A DNA stretch of 64,000 nucleotides from Candidatus Buchananbacteria bacterium (lineage in GTDB: Bacteria; Patescibacteriota; Patescibacteriia; CAIXNZ01): NCBI GenBank assembly GCA_014729025.1, contig WJKP01000011.1, forward strand, positions 6,500 through 70,499. Direction: 5' to 3'. A program made the translations under genes and the position numbers. The notes under the pieces are model-generated. The model did not search any database, was not told the DNA's origin, and saw only the letters and a program-made list of their open reading frames with translations. Shown piece after piece: positions 20,843 through 30,632 of this stretch (within the stretch, counting starts at the first letter, position 1; every line of letters starts with the position of its first letter).

Positions 20843-21808
20843 ATGTCTGAAAAATTTAAATTTTTAGAAATAGTTATTATTTTAACCCGTTCTTGTAATA
20901 AAAAAGAATGTAGTTATTGCCAGGTTAAAAAAGATTATAAAGTTAATAAACTGGAAAATAATTTATACCAATTAATTGAATTTTTGAAAAATAGTCCTGT
21001 AAAATCAGTTAGATTTTTAGGTGGTGAACCATTATTAAAATATAAGAAAATCAAGCAAATAATAAAAAATTTGCCCGATAAAAATTTTATAATCAATACG
21101 AATGGGTTGTTGTTAACTAAAGCCAAATCGGATTTTTTTAAAAAATACAATATCAAAATAATTTTAAGCCATGATGGTCAAGAACCCGATTTAAAAATTA
21201 ACAGATATTATACTGACAAGCAGATTGCGGTTATTAATGAAAATTTAATAAATTTAGAAAATTATCAAAAACAAACACAAATCAATTTAACCGTTTCACC
21301 GCAGACAATTGATAATTTATATAATAACCTGGCTTATATTTATAAGTTGGGTTTTAAAAAAATAAATATTTTGCCGGTTTTTTATCAGAACTGGCCACAG
21401 TCACAATTAAGACTATTAAAATTAGAGTTAAGTAAAATATTGGTTAATTTAAATAAATTCAAACAATTAGAATTGATTAATTTAAAATCATTCAGTTATT
21501 TGCCACTATTTAAAAATAGCTTATTAATAGATTGTGATGGTAATATTTTTTTCAGTACAGCCGTAATTGAAAAATTTTTCCACCAATACCGTAAGGAATT
21601 TATTAAGGCTAATATGATGATTTTATCAGAAAAAAAGAAAAATTATTCTGAGCTAAATTTTAAAGAAATTGAGGATTATAATAAGAAGATAGATAAATTG
21701 ATAATTAATGAGTTTTCTCACACAGTGATAACTTCTACGGAAAAAGTAAACAGGATTTTTGAAAATTTTATTAATAAATATTTAAAGATTAATAAAGCAA
21801 ATCTATGA
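20843..21808 (+). CDS. Radical SAM protein (atypical CX4CX2C motif)
   Basis: TRSCNKKECSYC, FLGGEPLL, INTNG, LSHDG. Confidence 0.88.
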   Translation: MSEKFKFLEIVIILTRSCNKKECSYCQVKKDYKVNKLENNLYQLIEFLKNSPVKSVRFLGGEPLLKYKKIKQIIKNLPDKNFIINTNGLLLTKAKSDFFKKYNIKIILSHDGQEPDLKINRYYTDKQIAVINENLINLENYQKQTQINLTVSPQTIDNLYNNLAYIYKLGFKKINILPVFYQNWPQSQLRLLKLELSKILVNLNKFKQLELINLKSFSYLPLFKNSLLIDCDGNIFFSTAVIEKFFHQYRKEFIKANMMILSEKKKNYSELNFKEIEDYNKKIDKLIINEFSHTVITSTEKVNRIFENFINKYLKINKANL

Positions 21809-23304
21809 CACAAAAAATAAAAATTATTACATTGATCATAGTAATGATCATTTTAATTGTTGGCGGTTTATTATTATATTATTTTAAACCTGCTCCAAGT
21901 ATTAATCTGCCACCGCCAGTGGAAGAAGAAGAAAATTTGCAAACTAGATTGGAAAATGTCGTGGATTTTGGTTTTGTTAGTTCACCTTATACTTTGGATT
22001 CTATTTTAGAGTCAAGTGAATATCAGCAAATAAAACAAGAAGTTCATGATATTTGTTATGATGATAAAGGTAATTTGGGCTTGTATTTTTCTTGTTTAAG
22101 AGCTTTTGATACTTTTGCCGCCAATAAAATTAATAATCAATTACTTAATTTAAATCAGACGGATCAGCAGGATTTATTAACTAATTTGTATGAAATAGAT
22201 GAACGTTATGGGGTTCCAAGTCTGGATATTAGAACGCCTGAAATGATTTTTAGGACGCGAGAAGGTCAGGAATTAGTTAATTATTTTGAAGAAAACGCTA
22301 GTTTGGAGGATTTTAATTTTACCAATAATATTAATGAAATTTTTCAGCGCCAGTCTTTTAAAGAATGGTTAGATGATTTTCATGCTAAAAAACGTGAACT
22401 TTGTTATTTTCCTCCAGAAACTGATATTGCCAGAGATTGTGATTCTTTTACCACTCCTTATGCTAGTACTATTGTAATAAATTTTCTTTATCCGGAGAGA
22501 CAAGAAGAAGAAGTATTAAGTCTAGTTGGTGTTTTAGAACGAGGTATTTATAAAAGTGATGAAGATTTATTAGAAATATATAATAATTTATTGAGCCGTT
22601 ATTATAATGATTTTTTAGATAATTATGTTCAGGAAATGAAAAATAAATATCCGATTTTGGCTAGCGGACAAGTTACTGACTTGAATACTATTAATGATTT
22701 TCTCTTAGATCCTAACGATAGTTTAATTTATCAAGTCGGTAAATTATATTATTATGTGAATTATTTACATGTTGGTTCTAAAGGCAAGGTTAGGGATAAG
22801 CTCAACCAAAATTTAAATGATAAATTTGCAGAAGTAGCGGCTGATTTGGGTATTGACAATGACGATTTAAAGCAATATTTAATAGCAATTATTGGAGATG
22901 AAGAAGAAGTTATTGATCAATTAGTTAGTCAGTATAGAAACCTAAAAGTTAATTATCCAGCTAATGTTAATAAACTGGAAATCAATCCTACATTTATTTT
23001 TTGGGAAAGTATGGTCGAAGATCAGTATTATAATTATTTTACTGATGATTTTAATAATATTGATGCTTATTATGATGATTTGCGAACTTATAGATTGTAT
23101 ACTTATCTCTTGCTTTATTATAGCGATGACTATAAAAGTACTACTAATAGACAAGATGCTTTCGCTGAACGAGGTGAAGATGGCGGTCAAATGCAAAATG
23201 TATTTAAATTTAGCCGTTATATTGAAAGAGATGAATTGGATGAATTAATGAATTATTATAATAAAGAAAGAGGAACCATAATTGATTTGAGTGAAGGTCA
23301 TTAA
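21805..23304 (+). CDS. Membrane-anchored extracytoplasmic hypothetical protein
   Basis: Single N-terminal TM plus Pro-rich linker; acidic helical body; overlaps the upstream stop. Confidence 0.75.
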   Translation: MTQKIKIITLIIVMIILIVGGLLLYYFKPAPSINLPPPVEEEENLQTRLENVVDFGFVSSPYTLDSILESSEYQQIKQEVHDICYDDKGNLGLYFSCLRAFDTFAANKINNQLLNLNQTDQQDLLTNLYEIDERYGVPSLDIRTPEMIFRTREGQELVNYFEENASLEDFNFTNNINEIFQRQSFKEWLDDFHAKKRELCYFPPETDIARDCDSFTTPYASTIVINFLYPERQEEEVLSLVGVLERGIYKSDEDLLEIYNNLLSRYYNDFLDNYVQEMKNKYPILASGQVTDLNTINDFLLDPNDSLIYQVGKLYYYVNYLHVGSKGKVRDKLNQNLNDKFAEVAADLGIDNDDLKQYLIAIIGDEEEVIDQLVSQYRNLKVNYPANVNKLEINPTFIFWESMVEDQYYNYFTDDFNNIDAYYDDLRTYRLYTYLLLYYSDDYKSTTNRQDAFAERGEDGGQMQNVFKFSRYIERDELDELMNYYNKERGTIIDLSEGH

Positions 23305-23319
23305 AATTGATTAATTTCT

Positions 23320-23360
23320 AATATAAAAAACAGCCATAGATTATGGTTGTTTTTTATATT
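23320..23360. terminator. Intrinsic terminator (possibly bidirectional)
   Basis: AATATAAAAAACAGCCATA-GAT-TATGGTTGTTTTTTATATT. Confidence 0.8.
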
Positions 23361-23401
23361 CAGATTGGGTATTATTATATATAGATTTGATTATTTTATT
23401 T

Positions 23402-24769
23402 ATGCCCCAAAATGAGAAAAAAATATTTAAGCAAAAATTTAAATTTTTAGATAAATATTTAGATTTATATAAAAAAGATTATTTGTCAGAATTTAAACTG
23501 GCCAAGGATTTTGTTTTTGAAAGGCTTAATCGCCGTAAAGAATGTACTTTTGATTATCCCCCTTATGTTTATTATAAAGAGGCAATAGATAAAGATCGTA
23601 ATCCTGATAACTTGTTTGACTTATGGCCGGATAAAACACCTTTTGTTATGTGTTTTTATTTTCCTTTCTGCACAAATAAATGCAGTTATTGTACTTTTAC
23701 AAATTTAAAGAAAAATATTGTCTCAGAATTTTCTGATTATTTGAAATATTATAAAAAAGAACTTTTGATGTATAAAGATTTGATTAAAAGAAATAAAATA
23801 AGCCATATTTATATTGGGGGTGGAACCCCGACTTTAATGACCGAGGAGCAATTAGAAGATTTATTAAAATTTATAAAAAAACATTTTTTACCTTATTTGC
23901 TTAAGCCTTTAGACGAGATAGAGTTTACCTGTGAAGCTTCTCCCCCGACTTTAACCGATAAAAAAATTAAAATATTAAAAAAATACGGTGTTAATACCAT
24001 TACTTTAGGTGTTCAGACACTAGATCCTAAGGTTTTAAAAACAATCGGCCGTTATCAGACAAAAGAACAGGTTATAAATGTTTTGCCTAAAATAATCAAG
24101 CTTTTTAAAGTCAATGTTGATATAATTGCCGGTTTACCAGCTAGTAATTTGCAGATTTTCGCTCAGGATTTAAATACGATAGTAAAATTAAAACCGCAGC
24201 ATTTAGGAGTTTATTTATTGACTTTATATGATCATTCTAAATTAGGTCAGTCTGATTATTATGTGCCACGTAAAGATTATCTGCAATATTATGATTTAGC
24301 TTATAAAACTTTATCAAAACAAGGTTATATTCATAGTACTTTTGAAGAATATTCATTGGATCATAAATATCGTTTAATGTATTTAGAAGATTTTCTGGAA
24401 AATAATCTGCATTTAACTACTGGTTTGGGTGACTCTGGTTTTACCGGAACTCATTGGTATAATAATACTGATGATATGGGTAAATATAAAAATTATATTA
24501 AAAATGGATTATTACCAATAGACAAGAAATATAAAATGACGATTGCGGATTTGCAAGTTAAATTTATTATTTATGGTCTTAGAAAATTAAATTTAAATAA
24601 AAAAGAATACCTTAAAATGTTTAATGAACCGATTGAAAAAAGATATTCTTTAGAAATAAACGCTTTAACTGATTTGGGTTTTTTGAAGCACGAGGGTAAT
24701 AAAATAGATTTAACCTATGAAGGCAAAAGAGATTTTGAGTTGATTATGCAGTTTTTTATGAGACTTTAG
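23402..24769 (+). CDS. HemN-like (class C) radical SAM enzyme
   Basis: YFPFCTNKCSYC, IYIGGGTPT, EASP, LGVQT, DIIAGLP; N-terminal FDYPP; ATG at 23402. Confidence 0.9.
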   Translation: MPQNEKKIFKQKFKFLDKYLDLYKKDYLSEFKLAKDFVFERLNRRKECTFDYPPYVYYKEAIDKDRNPDNLFDLWPDKTPFVMCFYFPFCTNKCSYCTFTNLKKNIVSEFSDYLKYYKKELLMYKDLIKRNKISHIYIGGGTPTLMTEEQLEDLLKFIKKHFLPYLLKPLDEIEFTCEASPPTLTDKKIKILKKYGVNTITLGVQTLDPKVLKTIGRYQTKEQVINVLPKIIKLFKVNVDIIAGLPASNLQIFAQDLNTIVKLKPQHLGVYLLTLYDHSKLGQSDYYVPRKDYLQYYDLAYKTLSKQGYIHSTFEEYSLDHKYRLMYLEDFLENNLHLTTGLGDSGFTGTHWYNNTDDMGKYKNYIKNGLLPIDKKYKMTIADLQVKFIIYGLRKLNLNKKEYLKMFNEPIEKRYSLEINALTDLGFLKHEGNKIDLTYEGKRDFELIMQFFMRL

Positions 24770-25553
24770 GCTCTAGTAAAAGCGAGTTATTAATAATTTT
24801 ATTGAAACGATTTTTTTCTATTTGTCGCGTTGATTTATAGGTTTGAAAATTCCCCTTATAAAATGAAGTATAATATTTATTTGTGAATTGCAATGGCTGA
24901 TTTTGTGGGTTTAGGCAATAATTGGGGCAATTTTTAATTATTTTTAAATAATTATTAGCTTGTTTGATTAAAGCTAGTGGACAAGTTCTACTTAAAGAAA
25001 AAATAATATAAGGTGTGTAAAGATTAATTTTAAGATTTTTAAGATTATCTAAAGCGATTCCTTGGCCCAGATTTTCAAGTTCAATTGTATCAATTTCATT
25101 TTTCAGTAACCAATCAGCAAATAAAGGATTATTAATTACATTATAAGTGCAAATTTTATCAAATTTAGTTTTAAAATGAGCATAATATGGATCTTTTTTT
25201 TGATTAGCAATAAAGATGCCGGCAATTAGTTTAATATTTTTATTTTTCAAATAATCCCACCCCCCCCAATCATTAAAAACTAATTCAAAAATATTTTCAG
25301 CTTGATTATTTTTTATGATTTTAATTATTTTATCTAAGTATTCAAAATAATTATTAGGTAATAAAGGCGTAAGTAAGGTTAGTCTTTTTTTATTTTTTTG
25401 GGATTTTTTTAAATATGATTGAAAAATTTCAGGTTGAGGTAATAAAAATGGGCAAGTATTTGAACCAATATAAAAATTATCATATTTCGGTAAATAAGTA
25501 TCAAATTGTTGAGGTGTTAAAATTTGAATAGCTTGGTTAGTCTTTTGGAGCAT
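24756..25553 (-). CDS. U32 peptidase family protein (UbiV-like partner)
   Basis: FYIGSNTCPFLLP, LTLLTP, VFNDWG, SRTCP...C..YC cysteine pattern; overlaps the U32 gene. Confidence 0.75.
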   Translation of the reverse strand: MLQKTNQAIQILTPQQFDTYLPKYDNFYIGSNTCPFLLPQPEIFQSYLKKSQKNKKRLTLLTPLLPNNYFEYLDKIIKIIKNNQAENIFELVFNDWGGWDYLKNKNIKLIAGIFIANQKKDPYYAHFKTKFDKICTYNVINNPLFADWLLKNEIDTIELENLGQGIALDNLKNLKINLYTPYIIFSLSRTCPLALIKQANNYLKIIKNCPNYCLNPQNQPLQFTNKYYTSFYKGNFQTYKSTRQIEKNRFNKIINNSLLLEPKVS

Positions 25554-26466
25554 AAGGGCAAATATGACAATAGTTTTTTTTAAAAATTATTTGATGTAAT
25601 AATTTAGCTTTTTTTTGAAATTGTAAATGATTAGGATAATTTTGAGCAATATTTTGAGCTTGCTTGATAAATAAAACCATCAGTCCTTTATCCCTGGCTG
25701 ATCTGTCACGGCCAACTATTTTTCCGCTAACAATATTTTTTTGTTCTTTAAAAAGTGATAAAAAACAGGCTCGGCATAGTGTTTTCTGACGAATAATTGT
25801 TTGGAAATTTTTTTCTAATTTTTTATCAATTGAAGTATAAAGCGGTTCTCTTTCACAAACAAATTCAATTCCGTCTGGTTTCATGAAATGGATTGATGAA
25901 CACAACCCATCAATATTAGAACAATTATCATCATAAATAAAAACTTCGAATTCAATTTGAGGCAGATTTTTAGCTAAATTACTAATCTCATTAATTGTCA
26001 GGTTGCGGGGAAGTATAATTCGGTTAATTTTAAAATTCTTACACCAAAATTGCGCTGATTTAGTATTTATAACTTGATCAAGCGAACTTAAATGAATGGG
26101 TAGACTTTTAGTTAATTTTCTTATAAGTTTAATAATAATAGGATCTTTGGCTATAATCGCGTCAGGCTTAATTTCTATGATTTTTTTTAGCTCATTATTT
26201 ATTTGATGTGTACCAGAAAAAATAGTATCAGTATTAAAAACAACATTAACTTTTTTATTATTTTTGCGAGCGGAATTAATGACTTGTTTGGCTTCTAAAA
26301 AAGAAGTAGTATTAGCCAAAATATTGTCCCGACGATTTAAATGGTTGTAAAATTGATTTTTTTTATGCCAATCTTGAGAAAAAATTCCCATATAAAATTC
26401 ATCTGCTCCGTTTTTTATTAAAGCAGGTAATTCAGTATAGCGTGAAATTGGGGCTAAGATTTTCAT
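25537..26466 (-). CDS. U32 peptidase family Fe-S protein (UbiU/TrhP-like)
   Basis: MKILAP, GADEFYMG, PIHLSS, RIILPRNLT, EVF..NCSNIDGLCS, C..CRAC, KIVGR. Confidence 0.9.
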   Translation of the reverse strand: MKILAPISRYTELPALIKNGADEFYMGIFSQDWHKKNQFYNHLNRRDNILANTTSFLEAKQVINSARKNNKKVNVVFNTDTIFSGTHQINNELKKIIEIKPDAIIAKDPIIIKLIRKLTKSLPIHLSSLDQVINTKSAQFWCKNFKINRIILPRNLTINEISNLAKNLPQIEFEVFIYDDNCSNIDGLCSSIHFMKPDGIEFVCEREPLYTSIDKKLEKNFQTIIRQKTLCRACFLSLFKEQKNIVSGKIVGRDRSARDKGLMVLFIKQAQNIAQNYPNHLQFQKKAKLLHQIIFKKNYCHICPYAPKD

Positions 26467-26524
26467 AAAATTTATAAGTTTATTATAATTAAATTACTTT
26501 ACTAAGGCAAATAAATTAATCATA

Positions 26525-27862
26525 ATGGTTAAAAATAATTTATTAATTAAGGAAAAAATAGCTAGTAAACCGAAGTATTGGCTTAGGTTGAGTTATGCTT
26601 GTAATAATAATTGTTTGTTTTGTTTAGATAAAGAGGCACAAAGTAATAATGAGCAATTTGTTTCAGAAAAAGATTTGCAATCAGAAATAAAGCAAGCTTT
26701 AAAAGAAGGATATCGGAAAATTATTTTAAGTGGAGGTGAACCAACAATTCATCCTCGTTTTTTGCATCTTGTGAAATTTTGTCAAAATTTAGGTTTTGAA
26801 AGAATTCAAATTATTACTAATGGCAGAATGTTAGCTTATCGTAAATTTGCCAGACAAACCTTGATAAGCGGGGTCAATGAAGTGACTTTTTCTTTGCATG
26901 GACTTGATGCACAAACCCACGATTATTTAGTCGGAGTTGAAGGAGCTTATGATCAATTAATTCAGGGGTTACATAATATTCGAGCGTCTAATTGCATTAT
27001 AAATATTGATATTGTACTTAATAAAAAAAATATTAAGCAGGTTCATGAGATTATTGATTTTTTTTCTAAAAATTATAGTATTTATGAATATGATCTTTTA
27101 CATTTAATACCTTTTGGTAATGCTTTTAAAAATTTATCAAATTTGGTTTTATCATATAAAGATTATCAGCAAAAAAGCTGGCAGAAAGTTTTGACTTTGG
27201 CAAAGAATGATAAGAGATATTTTATTTGGACTAACCGCTTGCCAGCCCAATATTTAGAAGACCATGAAGCTTTAATCCAAGACCCCCATAAATTATCGGA
27301 TGAATTAAAGGGGCGAAGGCATATGTTTGAAAATTATTTGCAAAATAACAAAGAGCTTGCTTGTAAAGATGGTCAACGTTGTGCTTTTTGTTTTTTGCAT
27401 GATTTTTGTTTGAAGTTATCTCAGTTTAAGGAGAATATTAATTATAAACCTAAATATAATATTAAATTTTTAACTCAAAAAAATTTAAATGAATTAAATT
27501 CTAATAATTTAATTGTAGCAATTAAAAATTTTGAGTTTTTGGAAAAGTTAAAAGACCAAACAGTTAATCTGGATGAGTTCAAGAATAAGACTAAAAACGG
27601 AAATTTAAAATTTATTAATTTACCTTATTGTCTAGCTGGCCAGAATAATCAAGTTGTTTATGATTTTTTGATTTATTTGCCAAAAGTTTTGAATAACAAA
27701 AAACAGATTGATTTGCATAAATTTGCCAAAATGTATATTAGCAATTTATATTATTTGAAATCAGTGAGGTGTGATGATTGTAAATACAATAATCAATGCG
27801 CTGGTTGGCATATTAATTATTTAAGATATTATGGTTTTAAAATTTTAAAACCAGTTAAATAG
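26525..27862 (+). CDS. Radical SAM protein (HxsC-like, two Cys cassettes)
   Basis: CNNNCLFC, SGGEPT, TNGRML; internal C...CAFC...C and C-terminal CDDCKYNNQCAG. Confidence 0.9.
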   Translation: MVKNNLLIKEKIASKPKYWLRLSYACNNNCLFCLDKEAQSNNEQFVSEKDLQSEIKQALKEGYRKIILSGGEPTIHPRFLHLVKFCQNLGFERIQIITNGRMLAYRKFARQTLISGVNEVTFSLHGLDAQTHDYLVGVEGAYDQLIQGLHNIRASNCIINIDIVLNKKNIKQVHEIIDFFSKNYSIYEYDLLHLIPFGNAFKNLSNLVLSYKDYQQKSWQKVLTLAKNDKRYFIWTNRLPAQYLEDHEALIQDPHKLSDELKGRRHMFENYLQNNKELACKDGQRCAFCFLHDFCLKLSQFKENINYKPKYNIKFLTQKNLNELNSNNLIVAIKNFEFLEKLKDQTVNLDEFKNKTKNGNLKFINLPYCLAGQNNQVVYDFLIYLPKVLNNKKQIDLHKFAKMYISNLYYLKSVRCDDCKYNNQCAGWHINYLRYYGFKILKPVK

Positions 27863-27863
27863 T

Positions 27864-28751
27864 ATGAAAGAAAAAAGACTGGAAATTTTCATAACTTTTA
27901 AGTGTAATAACGATTGTCTTTTTTGCGTGGAAAAAACAAATAAGGATAAATATAAGGGTAAACAAATTTTTAGGGATAAACAGCATATTGAAGAAGAATT
28001 GAATAAATATCGCAAGCAAGGTTACACTTATTTGAATTTATTAGGCGGGGAACCTTTTTTAGCGAAAGATTTTTCGACTATTTTGCAGACCTCCAAATCC
28101 TTGGGTTTTGTTGTGGCCTTAGCGACAAATGCCAGTGTCTTATCTTCAGAAAAAATAGCCGAACAATATTTGCCATATATTGATGAATTAATTGTTTCAA
28201 TTCATGGCCATAATAAATTATTAATTAATCAGATTAGTCAAAATCCTAATTTGTATGATAAGTTAATTAAAGGTTTGAATAATATTAAAAAATATTTTAA
28301 AGGCCGGTTATTAAAAGCAAATTGCGTGATTAATAATTTAAATCATAAATATTTACTTGATATTTTAAAATTTATAAATAAATTCAATATAAAAGAAGTT
28401 AATTTAACTTATATGGATATTGATAAATATTGCCAAAATTATGTTGTTAAGATGGAAGATTTGCGTCCTTTGATTAAACCTTTGGTTGATTATAGTGAAC
28501 AACAAAATATGGTTTTGCGTTTTTCTGAATTACCATATTGTGTTTTAGGCGATTATTATTATCTGGCTAATGATTTGTATTTTCAAAATCGGGATAAGTA
28601 TTTTGTTGATGGCAAAAAAGACAAGGTTTATTTTTGGAAAAAATATAAAGGCAAAGTTTGTCAGGATTGCAATGTTACGGATATTTGTAAGGGGCTAAAC
28701 AAGGATTATTATAAACTTTATGGTGATAAAGAATTAATTGCTTTTCAATAA
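27864..28751 (+). CDS. Radical SAM protein (HxsC-like)
   Basis: CNNDCLFC, LGGEPF, LPYC, CQDCNVTDICKG. Confidence 0.9.
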   Translation: MKEKRLEIFITFKCNNDCLFCVEKTNKDKYKGKQIFRDKQHIEEELNKYRKQGYTYLNLLGGEPFLAKDFSTILQTSKSLGFVVALATNASVLSSEKIAEQYLPYIDELIVSIHGHNKLLINQISQNPNLYDKLIKGLNNIKKYFKGRLLKANCVINNLNHKYLLDILKFINKFNIKEVNLTYMDIDKYCQNYVVKMEDLRPLIKPLVDYSEQQNMVLRFSELPYCVLGDYYYLANDLYFQNRDKYFVDGKKDKVYFWKKYKGKVCQDCNVTDICKGLNKDYYKLYGDKELIAFQ

Positions 28752-28752
28752 T

Positions 28753-29700
28753 ATGAAAAATTTGGAAATAAATATTGGCAAGGCTTGTAATAATAAATGT
28801 AAATTTTGCATGAGTATAAATTCTATTCCTGAATTTTTGCGTTTTGCTGATTTTGCAGATTTAAAAAATGATTTAATTAAATACAAAAAACAAGGTTATG
28901 ATTCTTTGGGTTTTTTGGGCGGGGAAGTCACTTTGTACCCCAAATTAGTTGATTTGGTTAATTTAGCTAAAGAATTAGGATTTAAAGAAATTCATTTGAT
29001 TACTAATGGTCGGAATTTAAAAGACATGGCTTATACGCAGTCCTTGGTTGAAAATGGTATAACTCGTTTTTCTTTATCAATTCATAGTCATTGCGCCCAT
29101 GTAGAAGATGACTTGACTCAAGTTCCTGGTGGTTTTAAGGAAAAAATTCAAGGCCTTAAAAATTTATTAGAATTATCTAATCAAGGAATAATAAAAAAAG
29201 AGATTTGTTTGAATTTGGTTGTTAATAAAAAAAATTATCAAGATTTGGTAAAAACATTCAGTTTTTTTAGCAAATTAGGTGTTAAAAATTTTCGTTTTAA
29301 TTTTATGTGGCCCAGAGGTAATGCAAGTCAATATTTCAAAGAACTTTTGCTTTCTTATAAAGATTTTTTGCCTTATTTAAAGAAATTAATAAATTTAGCC
29401 AAAGTTTTAAGAGTACATTTAGTTTTTGAGGGATTGCCATTTTGTATTTTAAAAGATTTTGATCAAAAAGAAATTAAAAATTATATCGGTGAATTATTGG
29501 ATTTTAAAACTGATGTTTCTGATTTTAATTTTGATAAAAAAGAACGTTATGCTTTTAATTGGCAAGAACGCAAGAAAAACGAATTAAAAGAAAAAAGAGC
29601 AGAATGTGAGAAATGTTTTTATAATTCCATTTGTGAAGGTGTTTGGAAAGAATATATAAAATTTTATGGTTGGGAAGAATTTCAGCCAGTTATTAAATAA
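28753..29700 (+). CDS. Radical SAM protein (HxsC-like)
   Basis: CNNKCKFC, LGGEVT, TNGR, LPFC, CEKCFYNSICEG; ATG at 28753. Confidence 0.9.
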   Translation: MKNLEINIGKACNNKCKFCMSINSIPEFLRFADFADLKNDLIKYKKQGYDSLGFLGGEVTLYPKLVDLVNLAKELGFKEIHLITNGRNLKDMAYTQSLVENGITRFSLSIHSHCAHVEDDLTQVPGGFKEKIQGLKNLLELSNQGIIKKEICLNLVVNKKNYQDLVKTFSFFSKLGVKNFRFNFMWPRGNASQYFKELLLSYKDFLPYLKKLINLAKVLRVHLVFEGLPFCILKDFDQKEIKNYIGELLDFKTDVSDFNFDKKERYAFNWQERKKNELKEKRAECEKCFYNSICEGVWKEYIKFYGWEEFQPVIK

Positions 29701-29702
29701 TT

Positions 29703-30632
29703 ATGGCAAATTTAGGTTATATTCAATTAAATAGAGTTTGTAATCAAGCCTGTCTTTTTTGTTCCAATCCTGATACTGGGGCAAGCTTAAATTTTATTGA
29801 ATTTAAGGATAAGGTTGCAGATTTGATTAAAAGAAATTATGATGGAGTTATTTTAACCGGCGGCGAGCCGACCTTGATAGATTATTTGCCAGAAGCAATT
29901 AAATTTTGCACTGAGAAGAAAATTAATTCTCGTTTAATTACTAATGGGCAAAATACAGCTAATTTTGAATATTTGAAAAAGTTAAAAGATTCTGGTTTGA
30001 ATCTGATGCATGTTTCTTTATATTCTTATAAAACTAAAATTCAAAATTATTTAAGTCAAAATAATGATTCTTATAATAATATTATTAAGACTTTAAAAAA
30101 TGCAACTAAATTAAATATCGTAATTAATATTAATACTGTAATTAATAAGTATAATGCTGATCATTTGGATAAAACCGTTTTTTTTATAATAAGAAATTTT
30201 CCGCAAATAAAGCATTTTGTTTTTAATAATCTTGACCCATATATGAATCGAGCTTCGCAGAATAAACATACCATACCAGGTTTATTTGATTTTGAAATAT
30301 CATTAAATAAAGCAATGCAAATATTATTTAAAAATAATAAAACTTTTCGGGTAGAACGAGTACCTTTATGTTATATGGGCGATTTTCCGCAGTTTAGCAC
30401 TGAAACAAGAAAAATTATTAAACAAGAAGAAAGAGTTGTTCATTTTTTGGATGAAAAGGGTCTGATTAGGCAGGATACCGATTCATTTAAATATAAAAAA
30501 GGTAAAGTTTGTAAAAGATGTAATTTAAATGATATTTGTGCCGGCTTATATTCTTTAGGTGAATATTTTGCGGAAAAAGAATTAAAGCCTGTCAAGAATG
30601 TTACTAAAGAACAAGTTAAAGCAAAATTATGA
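29703..30632 (+). CDS. Radical SAM protein (HxsC-like)
   Basis: CNQACLFC, TGGEPT, VPLC, CKRCNLNDICAG. Confidence 0.9.
   Translation: MANLGYIQLNRVCNQACLFCSNPDTGASLNFIEFKDKVADLIKRNYDGVILTGGEPTLIDYLPEAIKFCTEKKINSRLITNGQNTANFEYLKKLKDSGLNLMHVSLYSYKTKIQNYLSQNNDSYNNIIKTLKNATKLNIVININTVINKYNADHLDKTVFFIIRNFPQIKHFVFNNLDPYMNRASQNKHTIPGLFDFEISLNKAMQILFKNNKTFRVERVPLCYMGDFPQFSTETRKIIKQEERVVHFLDEKGLIRQDTDSFKYKKGKVCKRCNLNDICAGLYSLGEYFAEKELKPVKNVTKEQVKAKL

Noticed and set aside
20685-20867. Alternative-frame ORF with MVRT/MAR repeats
   Set aside because: Shadow of the HGS repeat; variation is at third positions of the HGS frame.
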